Assembly (NCBI GenBank): GCA_039208735.1
Contig: JBCCQY010000174.1
Span: 1 to 19,957 of the forward strand
Direction of reading: 5' to 3'
DNA: 19,957 nt
DNA from: Myxococcota bacterium
Lineage (GTDB): Bacteria; Myxococcota_A; UBA796; GCA-2862545
In this document: piece by piece, positions 9,159 through 17,377 of the stretch
How the letters are laid out: the number at the start of each line of letters is the position of its first letter
Position numbering within the stretch: position 1 is the first letter of the stretch
Notes under the pieces: generated by a model
The model's database searches: none
What the model was told of the DNA's origin: nothing
Seen by the model: only the letters and a program-made list of their open reading frames with translations
Translations under genes and position numbers: made by a program

Positions 9159-10047
9159 TCGAGGCGACCACCTCACGCAGGGCGCGTTCGAAGGCCTCGA
9201 CGCGAGCGCTCACCAGCCGAAGGTCTGCGCGAACGACGTATACCGGCTGGTACGTCGGCAGTTCGACGTGGGGCAACACCTCGACAAGGCGGCCCGACCG
9301 CAGATCTTCGATGACCGAAAACCAGCTTAGATAGCCAACGCCCGCCCCTCGCCGCACCGCCTCGAGCAACGCCACCCCATCGCTGACCAACAGGGAGGGG
9401 CGCACTTCGACAGTGCGAATGCCCTCAGGACCTACGTAGGGCCAACGAGTGAGCGTGACTTCCTCACTCTGGTAGGCCACAACCGGCCAATGGAGAAGGT
9501 CTTCCGGCGCGGAGGCGGGACCAAACTTGGCGACTACGCTTGGCGCGGCGACAAGCCGCACATCGTTGTCGCACAGCCGACGCACCACAAGTTGCTCGGC
9601 CGCTGGAAGCCCTACGGTCAACGCCACATCCAACCCATCGCGATGGAAGTGCAGGGGTCCATCCGACAGCGTCAGGCGCACCATGACGGTGGGATGGGCC
9701 TCGGAAAAGCGCTGGACCGCGGCGAACACCAAGGCGTGCCCTACGTGCGTCAGCGCATGAACCCGCAGTTCGCCCCCTTCAAGGGTTTCTAGTCGCTCCA
9801 GCGCATGCACCATCTCGGCGCTGCGCTGCCCAATGTCGCGCGCTGCCGCAAGCACGACCTCCCCCGCTTCGGTCAAGCTGGCGGCCCGCGTCGTACGCGT
9901 CATCAGCGGCATGCCAAGTGACTCCTCCAGCTCACGAAGCGCACGGCTCACCGTGGAGTGGGCAACGCCCCGATGGCGAGCGGCCTGCGTAAACCCCCCT
10001 TTCTCCACCACATCACGAAACAGCAGCAACCGGTCCACGCGGTCCAT
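9145..10047 (-). CDS. LysR-family transcriptional regulator (CrgA/DmlR-like)
   Basis: HTH GGFTQAAR..GVAHSTVSRALRELE..LG..LMTRTTR...LTEAG; substrate domain G.LRV...F...HP and GAGVGYL......DLRSGRLVEVLP. GGAG precedes ATG at 10047, giving 300 aa. Confidence 0.93.
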   Translation of the reverse strand: MDRVDRLLLFRDVVEKGGFTQAARHRGVAHSTVSRALRELEESLGMPLMTRTTRAASLTEAGEVVLAAARDIGQRSAEMVHALERLETLEGGELRVHALTHVGHALVFAAVQRFSEAHPTVMVRLTLSDGPLHFHRDGLDVALTVGLPAAEQLVVRRLCDNDVRLVAAPSVVAKFGPASAPEDLLHWPVVAYQSEEVTLTRWPYVGPEGIRTVEVRPSLLVSDGVALLEAVRRGAGVGYLSWFSVIEDLRSGRLVEVLPHVELPTYQPVYVVRADLRLVSARVEAFERALREVVASITPR

Positions 10048-10059
10048 CGAGGCTCCCAT

Positions 10060-10077
10060 TTGTGCGAATTTGCACAA
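10060..10077. promoter_or_regulatory. Dyad operator candidate between lysR and the divergent enzyme gene
   Basis: TTGTGC-GAATTT-GCACAA is an AT-rich 18-bp palindrome with one mismatched pair, just upstream of the lysR start. Confidence 0.6.
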
Positions 10078-10151
10078 GAGTTGTCCCACATTCGTCGTCG
10101 CACGGACCAATCGACCAGGCGAAATCAAGGGTGTCCCACTTGGAGGCTCCC

Positions 10152-11930
10152 ATGTCCGCAACGATTCGCGACCGCATCCATCAGCTCTTTGACGCCGTCG
10201 ATGCTCGGCGCTTCGACGATGCTCGCGCCGTCATGACCGAGACCATCGAAGTGAACTACGCCGATCTGGGCGGAGCGACGGGCCCGGTTCCCGCCGACGA
10301 ACTGGTGGCCGGCTGGGCCGCGTTCTTGCCCCACTTTGACCGGACGAAACATCAGCTCACCGAACCGGTGGTGAATGTGGTCGGAGACCGCGCCACCGCG
10401 ACGTTCGACGGCATCGCGGTCCACGTGCTCACCGAGCAGGGCAAAACCGCCTCCTGGACGGTCTTCGCGGGCTACGACGCCGAGTTTGTCACCGAGGCGG
10501 GAGCCTGGAAGCTGGCTCGACTGCACCTTTCGCTCTACGCTCAAACCGGAGATCTGGAGCTTCCTGCACGAGCGGGTGACCATTCGCCCGTCGCCCTCGC
10601 CGAACCGAATTCATCCCCTTCTGTCGAAGCCTTTTTCGACGCGCTTGAAGGCAACGACCTCAACGGGCTCGCCAAGGCCCTGGCGCCCGATGTCACCCAG
10701 ACCATGCCGCTGGCCCCGGCTGGGTTTCCCAAGGAGGTCGACGGTCGCGAGGCGCTGTTGGACCTGTACCGCAACGTCATCCAACATCCCCAGCGTTATC
10801 CTCGAACCACCTTGCCAACCGCCGATCCTCGCATCGTACTGGTGGCCTTCCAAGGTGAGGTGACGCTGGCCGAGGGCGTGTACGCCAATCGCTACGTGAG
10901 CCTGTTCAAGCTCGACCCCAATGGCCAAATTCAACAGATCGTTGAACATTTCCATCCCGACGTACTGCTCGCCTCCTGGCCTGGGCTGCAGCCGGCGCAT
11001 CACTCGGTTCATGCTTCAGGAGCCCCCACCCGCGACGTCACGGTGGAGGAGGTTCGGTTCGAACGCGATGGCATGACCCTGGTGGGCCACCTCTTTCGCC
11101 CCGTCGGCGATGCCACCGCACTTCGGCCTGCGGTGGTGGTCACCGGCTCGTGGACCAGCGTGAAGGAGCAGATGCCCGACGTCTACGCCAGCCGACTCGC
11201 CGCGCGTGGTCTGGTCACCCTAACCTTCGACTTCACAGGGTTTGGAGCCAGTGATGGACGACGCCAACATGAAGAGCCCCAACGGAAGATCGCCGACATT
11301 CGAGCCGCCGTTGCCTTCCTTGCGACCCAGCCCGGTGTGGACCCCAACGCCATTGGGGGTCTCGGGATTTGCGCGAGCGCCGGCTACATGGCCCACGCTG
11401 CCGTCGACAACGACCAACTCTCACGCGTCGCCCTCGTGGCACCCTGGCTGCACGACGAGACCATGGCGCGTGGCATCTACGACCTTCGCCCCATGCACGC
11501 CGAGGGGCTCCTCGCAGCTGCGGACCAAGCCGAGGCCCACTACGAAGCCACCGGGGAGTCCACGATGGTGCTTGCGGCCAGCGAACTCGATCCCGCCTCG
11601 GCGATGTACGTCCCAGGCGACATCTTCGACTACTACCTGAATCCCGCCAAAGGAGCGGGCAACCACTACGACAACCGCTTCGACGTGGCCAGCTGGCGGC
11701 CTTGGATCACCTTCGATGGCATCTCGGCAAGCCAGGGCCTGAGGGGCAAGCCGGTTCGTGTGGTTCATACGGAGCAGGGCGCCGTTCCCGAGGGTGCCAA
11801 GCGCTTTGTGTCCGAGCTTGGCGATTCGGCAACCAGCACGTGGTTGAACGCCTACACCCAACAAGATTTCTACTATGTCGATCCGGCGGTCACGGCGGCG
11901 CTGGACGAGATCACCCCGTTCCTTCGTTGA
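10152..11930 (+). CDS. Triple fusion of SnoaL-like, SnoaL/PhzA-B-like and YcjY-type alpha/beta hydrolase domains (592 aa)
   Basis: GGAGG upstream of ATG at 10152. Domain 1: AVDARRFD...T.HQL....V.V.GDRATA...GAWKL. Domain 2: VEAFFDALE..D.......LAPD....MP.AP.GFP..V.GRE...GQI....EHF.P. Domain 3: VVVTGSWTSVKEQM...YA..LA..G...L.FDF.GFGASDG and GICASAGY. Confidence 0.88.
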   Translation: MSATIRDRIHQLFDAVDARRFDDARAVMTETIEVNYADLGGATGPVPADELVAGWAAFLPHFDRTKHQLTEPVVNVVGDRATATFDGIAVHVLTEQGKTASWTVFAGYDAEFVTEAGAWKLARLHLSLYAQTGDLELPARAGDHSPVALAEPNSSPSVEAFFDALEGNDLNGLAKALAPDVTQTMPLAPAGFPKEVDGREALLDLYRNVIQHPQRYPRTTLPTADPRIVLVAFQGEVTLAEGVYANRYVSLFKLDPNGQIQQIVEHFHPDVLLASWPGLQPAHHSVHASGAPTRDVTVEEVRFERDGMTLVGHLFRPVGDATALRPAVVVTGSWTSVKEQMPDVYASRLAARGLVTLTFDFTGFGASDGRRQHEEPQRKIADIRAAVAFLATQPGVDPNAIGGLGICASAGYMAHAAVDNDQLSRVALVAPWLHDETMARGIYDLRPMHAEGLLAAADQAEAHYEATGESTMVLAASELDPASAMYVPGDIFDYYLNPAKGAGNHYDNRFDVASWRPWITFDGISASQGLRGKPVRVVHTEQGAVPEGAKRFVSELGDSATSTWLNAYTQQDFYYVDPAVTAALDEITPFLR

Positions 11931-11934
11931 ACCG

Positions 11935-14571
11935 TCAGGGAAGCTCTAGGGACGGCAGGATGTCCACCTGCGGATGCCGCTCAAGCCAGGCACGCACTTC
12001 GTCGAAATCGCGTTGGGCTCGATCGCTCTGACCGACTTGCGCGGCGAGCCGCCCGCGGGTGGCCAAAGCCCACAGCCATGCGGGCAACACCCCGGAACGC
12101 CGGTAGCTGTCGACTGCGTCATCGATGAGACGCCACCCGGTGTCGGCCTCTCCTTGCCGGACCCGAGCGCTCCCCTCAACGATCAGCACATCCCCCATCA
12201 TGGGCGCGTCGCCGTGCGATTCGATGGTCGCCCGCGCTTCCGCGGCCAACCGTTGGGCCTCGGCAAAGCGCTCTTCAACGAGAGCGATTTCGGCCATTCC
12301 CACCTTGGCCAGTTGCAGGTCGAGCGGATGACCGTGGCCCTGTCCGAAGTATCGGATGGCATCCCCAAGCAGCTGACGGGCGCGGGGGAGGTCGGTTTCG
12401 AACATCACCAAGGTGATGGCTTCGTGAACCTGGTAGTAGTGCCGGCGAGCCCGCTGCCCACGCCGTCGCATGATCGCGGCCGAAGCTCGACGCGCGGCCA
12501 GAGCGCCCTCGCAATGACCCGTTCGGGCGAGAACGGTTCCACGAACGTGCTGGATGGCGGGCGCCCGAGCGTCGCCAAACCGCTGTTCGCTTGCGTACTG
12601 AGCGGCTTCGAGATGAGCGAGGGCTTCCTCACCGCAGGCAGTGACCGCAAACGTGGCGTCGGCGAGGAGCAATCGGAGCTGAACCTCGAGCGACGGGTCG
12701 GGATGGGTCGGGAGTTCGTCGAGAGCCTCCTCAAGGTAGGCCAGTTGGCCCTCACGGTCGTGCAATCGTCGAGCGAGGGTCCCCCGCAAGACGGCCAATT
12801 CAAAGGCCTCGGCATCACCGGGAAACGTCGCCGCAAGAGCGTCGAGGTCCTCCCGAAGGCCTGCGACGTCCCCACGCCAAATCTCGGCCCGCACCCGCGC
12901 CCACCGCACCCGATGCGGGTCTGCTCCCCATTGAGAAGCGCGAGCAAGCTGCGTTTTCACCTCATCGTAGGCATGCAGCCGGCCAAACAGTTCCGCCGAT
13001 ACTGCCGCAAGTTCGATCGCCAATGGTCCAGGAGGGAGCCTTTGCCCCGCTCGAGCCGCGTTCGTGGCGAGCCGCCGGTCGGGCTCGAGGACCGCCGACT
13101 CAAACCGAGCCTGGGCGAGGGCAAGCTCTCCCGCCGTTCCTACATCGACGGCAGGGTTCCGGGCGCGCTCCAGGTCGATGAGCCGGGCCGACACCTCGCC
13201 CTTGGAGCGGCCCCGGCCCCAGTCCCTTGGCGTCGCCGCGAGCCATCGGTCGTGGGCCTCGCGAAGCCGCTCCGCCAACTCAGGCTCCGCGTCGAGTCGC
13301 TCCGTGCAAAACCGACGGATGGGAGGCAACAACTCAAGCCACCCACTCGCCTGTTGCTCCCGTCGCTCCAAAAGGGAGTGATCGAGCAACTCACCGAGGT
13401 CCGAGGTCGCACTTCGCCCGAGGAGGCCCTCCACATCGACCACCCCGAAGGGTCCAGAAAACCTGGAGGCCGCGAGCAACGCCTGCTTCGCGCCCTCGGT
13501 CAGCGCCTCAAACGACCGCCCCAGGGCGTGACGCATGGATTCCCCGGTGCGTCCCGTCCAGGCCTCGACTCGCTCCGCAAGTTGCGCCCACGTGCACAAT
13601 CGAAGTTCGGCCGCGAGCAGCTCGATCGCTAAGGCGACGCCGCCGGTCACCGCCACGGCACGGGAGATGGCAGGGCCATGTTCAGGTCCAACCTGAAGGG
13701 ATGGCCGAACCCTTCGCCCTCGCTCGATGAGGAGCCGCGTGGCGGGATGCGCCAACACCGCCTCGTCCGAAGCACCGACGTCTGGCGTGCCAAAGGGCTC
13801 AACGGCGACGATGACAGCGTCCGCCAGCCGGGACCGCCGTCGGCTCGCGGTCACCACCACAAGCCCGGCGGTGACGATCTCCTGCAGGGCTTGCAACGCG
13901 GGGGGCAACAACCGATCGATGTCGTCCGCCACAAGCAGGGTGCGCCCTCGTTCCTCCAGCATGCTGGGCAGCGCCTTGGGCCAACCTTCTGCGGGTTCTG
14001 CAGCCAAGTCGAGCGCTCGCAGGACGCCCATCTGCACATCCTCCCGACGTTCGACGGCGGTAAGCCCGCATGGCACGACCCCCCCAGGAAAGCGCGGGTC
14101 GAGTCGCCCCAGCATCTCGCGCAGCAACCTCGTCTTTCCCACCCCCGCCGGCCCGACCAACGACACCAACCGATGCCCTTGGTCAAGGGCCTTCAGCAGC
14201 GCCGTCGCAACCTCAGGCCGTTCAATGAAGTCCGAGCGCGAAGACGTTGGAGGTTCCTGGGAAACAGGGGGCAGTTCGAGCCGGTACCCCCGACCTCGGC
14301 GCCCAACCAAGATCTTCGGTGCACCAGGATCTTGCTCAATCTTCTGCCGGAGGGTGTAGATGTTCGTGGCCAACGTGTGGGTTCGGACCCCGGGCCGGTA
14401 CCCCCAGACTGCTTCGAGCAACTCGTCGCGGGTGTGAAAGGTCCCCCGATTTCGAGCCAGAAACCCGAGCAGCGCCGACTCCTTTGGCGTGAGCCGATGG
14501 GTGCCCGTCGGCCGCCGGACTTCGCCCGCATCGAGGTCCACCGTGCATTGGGGAAGTCGCAGCGTGGCCAT
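11935..14571 (-). CDS. OmpR-type winged-helix / STAND (NB-ARC-like) ATPase / TPR-like regulator
   Basis: N-terminal LTPKE..LL..LA.......RDELL..VWG......T....I..LRQKIE.DP..P......RG.GYRL; Walker A GPAGVGKT; Walker B LLVADD; GG..LAIELLAA; L.EL.DHSLL; helical repeat C-terminus. Start is ATG 14571 or TTG 14577. Confidence 0.9.
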   Translation of the reverse strand: MATLRLPQCTVDLDAGEVRRPTGTHRLTPKESALLGFLARNRGTFHTRDELLEAVWGYRPGVRTHTLATNIYTLRQKIEQDPGAPKILVGRRGRGYRLELPPVSQEPPTSSRSDFIERPEVATALLKALDQGHRLVSLVGPAGVGKTRLLREMLGRLDPRFPGGVVPCGLTAVERREDVQMGVLRALDLAAEPAEGWPKALPSMLEERGRTLLVADDIDRLLPPALQALQEIVTAGLVVVTASRRRSRLADAVIVAVEPFGTPDVGASDEAVLAHPATRLLIERGRRVRPSLQVGPEHGPAISRAVAVTGGVALAIELLAAELRLCTWAQLAERVEAWTGRTGESMRHALGRSFEALTEGAKQALLAASRFSGPFGVVDVEGLLGRSATSDLGELLDHSLLERREQQASGWLELLPPIRRFCTERLDAEPELAERLREAHDRWLAATPRDWGRGRSKGEVSARLIDLERARNPAVDVGTAGELALAQARFESAVLEPDRRLATNAARAGQRLPPGPLAIELAAVSAELFGRLHAYDEVKTQLARASQWGADPHRVRWARVRAEIWRGDVAGLREDLDALAATFPGDAEAFELAVLRGTLARRLHDREGQLAYLEEALDELPTHPDPSLEVQLRLLLADATFAVTACGEEALAHLEAAQYASEQRFGDARAPAIQHVRGTVLARTGHCEGALAARRASAAIMRRRGQRARRHYYQVHEAITLVMFETDLPRARQLLGDAIRYFGQGHGHPLDLQLAKVGMAEIALVEERFAEAQRLAAEARATIESHGDAPMMGDVLIVEGSARVRQGEADTGWRLIDDAVDSYRRSGVLPAWLWALATRGRLAAQVGQSDRAQRDFDEVRAWLERHPQVDILPSLELP

Positions 14572-14889
14572 GGCCAACGCCTAACTCCCGCTCGTCCAAG
14601 TGGCGTCCATCGAAGGATGGCACTTGTGGATCGCCTTGCCGAACCGACGCGGCTCCCTTTGAGAGATTGCTCCGTTTTGCATGGGCCCCCCCCACGCCAA
14701 GGCCCCCACGCCAACGGCCACACAACGTTTTTGCACCACACAGACATTGGCCAAGGCTTCATGGCGTGGGCCCGTAGAACCGAGTAAGCGCGCTCGCGCG
14801 AGGTTGGACGGGCGGGTCGATGGGCTCTTCCATGCCCCTTCGGCCTCGGTCAGTTCGTTACAATCGCACGACGCTCGGAGCGAAGCCCG

Positions 14890-16218
14890 ATGTCCATTCG
14901 ATTCGCCACCGTCGCGGTGGCCGCAGGCCTCGCCGCGGCCCTCGCCTTCCTGCCGTGGGGCTTCGTCACCCAGCCGGCACTTGCGAGCGGCGAGCCCGTA
15001 GCGTCTTGGATCACCCTGGTGAGCCACGCCGTGGCAGGGTTCTGCTTCCTCTTGGCGGGGTTCCTCGCCACTCGAGGTCGGGTGGTCCGTCCATGGCTCG
15101 CCGGTCCCCTGGCCGGCTTTGTGGCGGCTTCGCTTGCCGCCTGGTTGGTGTGGCTGCCCGTCGTCCATGCCACTTCACTCGACGTGCTGTGGTCGGTCGT
15201 TCGCGCCGGCGAACCCCTTGGCGCCGATGCCGCTCCCTTGATCGGTCCCGCCACCAATGCGCTCCTGGTACAGGGCACGCTCGGCTTCTGGGCGCTCGGT
15301 CTTGCCGGGGCGTTCGCGGGATTGGTGGGCACCGCCCTCGCACACGGAAGTCGCCAACCCCACCGGGGCACCGTCCGCAACCCCATTCTCTGGCCCATTC
15401 GGCTGTGGATGTGGACCACGGTGTTGGTGGTGGGGGGGTTCATCGTCCTCCACCAGAGCGAGTTCGACATCATCTGGGTTGAGGCCAACGATCACGGCTG
15501 GATCAACCCAAGCCAACTGTTCATGATCAATGGCGCCCTGCTCGGCTTTCTCGTCGCGGCCCCCTTCGGCGCAGCCTTGTCGAGGTTCGCCCGGAGTGGT
15601 CGGGTGACCCTCCGCCGACTCGCGGTTCGCGGCTACGGACTGCTCGGAATCCTCGGGCTCGGCGCCTGGTGGGGCATTCTGCCCGTGATGGCTCCCGAAC
15701 TCGTTGGCCCCACCCCTGCGTTCATCGCGTACGCGCTGGCCCCTTTGCTCGGGGTTGGCCTAGGTGCATTGATCGTTCGTCATGACCCCGAGCCGCCGAT
15801 TCCGCGCGCCGCGGATGTCTGGTGGGAGATGATGCCCCTCGCGCTGCTGACGGGACCCATGGTGGTCGGCCCCGGTCTTGGCGGTGTCGCGTGGGCGGCC
15901 CTCGTCGGCCCTCTGGTGTGGAAGCCTTACCTGGCCGCGGCTCCGGCAGAATGGCCCTCCTTGTCGGCCACGCTGTCCGAAGTCATGCTGTTCCCTGCCG
16001 CGGTATGGGCGATTCTCGTCATCGTGCCCATGGTCGAAGTGCTCATGGTCTTCCTCCCGGTGTTGGTTGCCCTACGGCAGGGAGCGGTTCGGCAGTTCGT
16101 CAAGCTTGCCGATGAAGTGCGTGAGTCCCATACGCAGCCCCGGCTAAAGGCCGTCACGCTGTCGCCCAAGCCCGAAGACATCGAGACCGAGCTTCGCACG
16201 CCGCCGGTCACCGGTTAG
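14890..16218 (+). CDS. Uncharacterised polytopic membrane protein (442 aa, roughly 10-12 hydrophobic segments)
   Basis: GGAG upstream of ATG; repeated hydrophobic stretches with Arg-rich loops; polar C-terminal tail. I recognise no family motif. Confidence 0.75.
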   Translation: MSIRFATVAVAAGLAAALAFLPWGFVTQPALASGEPVASWITLVSHAVAGFCFLLAGFLATRGRVVRPWLAGPLAGFVAASLAAWLVWLPVVHATSLDVLWSVVRAGEPLGADAAPLIGPATNALLVQGTLGFWALGLAGAFAGLVGTALAHGSRQPHRGTVRNPILWPIRLWMWTTVLVVGGFIVLHQSEFDIIWVEANDHGWINPSQLFMINGALLGFLVAAPFGAALSRFARSGRVTLRRLAVRGYGLLGILGLGAWWGILPVMAPELVGPTPAFIAYALAPLLGVGLGALIVRHDPEPPIPRAADVWWEMMPLALLTGPMVVGPGLGGVAWAALVGPLVWKPYLAAAPAEWPSLSATLSEVMLFPAAVWAILVIVPMVEVLMVFLPVLVALRQGAVRQFVKLADEVRESHTQPRLKAVTLSPKPEDIETELRTPPVTG

Positions 16219-16261
16219 ACCCGCAGGAACGAGCGCGGGTCGCCGCGCGAAGGGAGGGCCG

Positions 16262-16786
16262 GTGCGCCTGGGAATTCGAGCAGGGTTGGCGATGCTATTG
16301 GTCGTAGGCCTTTTCACGAGCACCGTGGCCACCGCGGGCAAGCTCGACCGTCTGTCCGAAACCGAACGGATCCATTGGCGGGCCCTGCGCGTGTTCTTCG
16401 ACAAGGCAGACCAAAAGGACTTCCTCAAGCTCAAGACCGAAGAAGAGCGCAACGCCTGGCTCAAGGAACGAGGGTACTGGGACCGCTTCTACAAGCACCC
16501 ACAAACCATTCGCGAAGCCATCGTGGCGGGTGAGGTCAAAAAGGGCTGGGACCGCGACCGCCTCTACATGGCATGGGGCCAGCCGTCCGAGCGCAACCGA
16601 CTGACCGGTCGCCCCGCTACGCGTTCAGAGCGCCTTATCTACCGGTTTGAAGTCGACAAAGACGGTTTCGCGACCGTCGTAGTGGACCGTCGTCCCGACT
16701 ACAAGGCCGTCAACCGGTATCAAGTCGACGTCGTGGTCGATGATGACGTTGTGACCGAGCTCACTCAAGTTGACGACTGGCGCTGA
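16262..16786 (+). CDS. Exported hypothetical protein with GWxTD-like / BamE(SmpA)-like motifs
   Basis: GGAGG upstream of GTG; signal peptide ending ATA; motifs DFLKLKTEEER..W and AI..GEVKKGWDRDRLYMAWGQP. Confidence 0.75.
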   Translation: MRLGIRAGLAMLLVVGLFTSTVATAGKLDRLSETERIHWRALRVFFDKADQKDFLKLKTEEERNAWLKERGYWDRFYKHPQTIREAIVAGEVKKGWDRDRLYMAWGQPSERNRLTGRPATRSERLIYRFEVDKDGFATVVVDRRPDYKAVNRYQVDVVVDDDVVTELTQVDDWR

Positions 16787-17300
16787 CCCGAACCTACGCA
16801 TCGAGTCGGCGCGGTCGCGAGATGCGTTGCCTATCCTGGCTCTCCATCGTACGGTGTTGGAAGAGGGGCGGTGGTTTGTCGCGCGCCCCGAGGAGCTTTG
16901 GACCACGGTGACCCTGCGCGAGCGCGATATTCGCAAGCTCGAGGAGTCCGACAACGGATGTTTCCTCGTCGCGCGCTTGCCCAACGTTCGGGTCGCCGGG
17001 TTCCTCACCCTCACGGGTGGACTGTGGTCGCGAAGCCGGCATGTTGGCCGGATCGAGGTCATGGTCGACCGTGCGCATCGCGACCGTGGCGTGGGCCGAG
17101 CCTTGCTAAAAGCCGCGATTGCCTATGCCGAACGGTCTTCGGTCCTCGACAAACTCGCGCTGACCGTCTTTGCCGACAATGAGCGCGCGGTCGGACTGTA
17201 CAAGTCCTTGGGATTTGTTGAGGAAGGCCGGCGCCACGCAGAGTACCGCGAGGCCGACGGAACGCCCCGCGACGACCTCATCATGGCCCGAATGGTCTGA
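16770..17300 (+). CDS. GNAT-family N-acetyltransferase (YhhY/AaaT-like pattern)
   Basis: RHVG.I.V.V...HRDRGVGRALL, L.LTVFADNERAVGLYKSLGFVEEG and terminal DDLIMAR. The TTG start overlaps the upstream gene and is uncertain. Confidence 0.88.
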   Translation: MTTGADPNLRIESARSRDALPILALHRTVLEEGRWFVARPEELWTTVTLRERDIRKLEESDNGCFLVARLPNVRVAGFLTLTGGLWSRSRHVGRIEVMVDRAHRDRGVGRALLKAAIAYAERSSVLDKLALTVFADNERAVGLYKSLGFVEEGRRHAEYREADGTPRDDLIMARMV

Positions 17301-17377
17301 GCCCCGGTTCCCTCACGGGATACCGGCGGCTCGACACATTTCGGACCCCTTGACGTTTCACCCCGGAGGACCCCGCC

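Noticed and set aside
10048..10161. Extended, mutually overlapping starts of lysR (10161) and the fusion enzyme (10062)
   Set aside because: RBS and domain starts support 10047 and 10152; the interval is a divergent promoter region.
11935..14571. STAND protein as an Avs-type anti-phage system
   Set aside because: The N-terminal effector is a DNA-binding wHTH rather than a nuclease, protease, SIR2 or TIR domain, and there are no neighbouring defence genes.
11974..14787. 552-aa and 369-aa plus-strand ORFs
   Set aside because: Antisense shadows of the STAND regulator; no recognisable domains.
16218..16241. GACCCGC-N10-GCGGGTC hairpin as a terminator
   Set aside because: Only a 7-bp GC stem with no U-tract; expected by chance at this GC content.
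17301..17377. T-box or SAM riboswitch upstream of metG
   Set aside because: The gap is only 77 bp with no T-box or SAM consensus; it has just one hairpin and a TTGACG without a matching -10 box.
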